64,000 nt of DNA from positions 128,092 through 192,091 of the forward strand of contig CAWBOP010000013.1 in NCBI GenBank assembly GCA_963790465.1, given 5' to 3'. Below, piece by piece: positions 63,935 through 64,000 of this stretch (position 1 is its first letter; each line of letters begins with the position of its first letter). The notes under the pieces were generated by a model that was not told where the DNA came from, did no database searches, and saw only the letters and a list, made by a program, of their open reading frames with translations. This DNA comes from Terriglobia bacterium (lineage in GTDB: Bacteria; Acidobacteriota; Polarisedimenticolia; Polarisedimenticolales; JAIQFR01). Both the position numbers and the translations under genes were made by a program.

Positions 63935-64000
63935 CAGAAACGGGCACTGGGCATTGAGAGACAGGCAATGGGCATATAGAAACAGGCACTGGGCAATGGG
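63935..64000 (+). repeat. Heptad array (CAGAAAC, GGGCACT, GGGCATT, GAGAGAC, AGGCAAT, GGGCATA, TAGAAAC, AGGCACT, GGGCAAT, ...), truncated by window end
   Basis: Read directly from the sequence. Confidence 0.85.

Noticed and set aside
61427-64000. CRISPR array, suggested by the recurring GGGCACTGGGCAATGGGCA-type repeats.
   Set aside because: The repeated unit is a 7-nt tandem, not a 24-48-nt direct repeat. The blocks are irregularly spaced and separated by protein-coding genes rather than uniform spacers. There are no cas genes.

Overview
High-GC bacterial chromosomal segment, probably from a metagenome or long-read assembly. I found no rRNA, tRNA or CRISPR.

Gene content by region:
- 1-19.8 kb is housekeeping: a TPR protein, typA, a tightly coupled MBL-hydrolase/rny/hpnC/hpnD/hpnE/His-rich membrane protein operon, a GAF-PP2C phosphatase, an S24/S26-like peptidase, secA, a vapB with an eroded vapC, an SPFH/zinc-ribbon pair, guaB and nnr-tsaE.
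- 19.8-29 kb looks lower in GC by eye and is accessory-like: di-haem cytochrome c peroxidase, secreted proteins, beta-carbonic anhydrase, a FadL-type porin, two NTF2-like proteins, hemolysin III, a GIY-YIG-like protein, trmO and a ferritin-like protein.
- 29.4-34.5 kb holds a cluster of LeuB-like dehydrogenase, HMG-CoA-lyase-like enzyme, family III CoA-transferase and LeuCD-like hydro-lyase.
- 34.7-36.9 kb holds bfr, TonB, an anti-sigma factor and an ECF sigma factor. A long transketolase-like gene follows at 37-39.4 kb.
- 40.35-56.2 kb is the most notable block, all co-directional: etfB-etfA, a NarI/HdrD-like membrane Fe-S oxidoreductase, a second HdrD-like protein, hdrA, mvhD, mvhG, three two-component genes, hdrC, hdrB, a [NiFe]-hydrogenase large subunit and a maturation protease.
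- Downstream: a SelW/Rdx-like selenoprotein candidate (in-frame TGA at the CxxU position plus a SECIS-like hairpin), murB, moaA, a secreted protein and mutY.
- The last 2.6 kb is a lower-GC tail with hicB-hicB-hicA, two mini-ORFs and an alpha/beta hydrolase. It also carries five same-strand arrays of 7-nt tandem repeats and two copies of a ~70-nt palindromic element.

Caveat: many genes can only be read by changing frame. This is sporadic from 12 kb and very frequent from 29 kb. I interpret these breaks as assembly indels. Coordinates for those genes are outer boundaries, and exact starts and ends are less certain.
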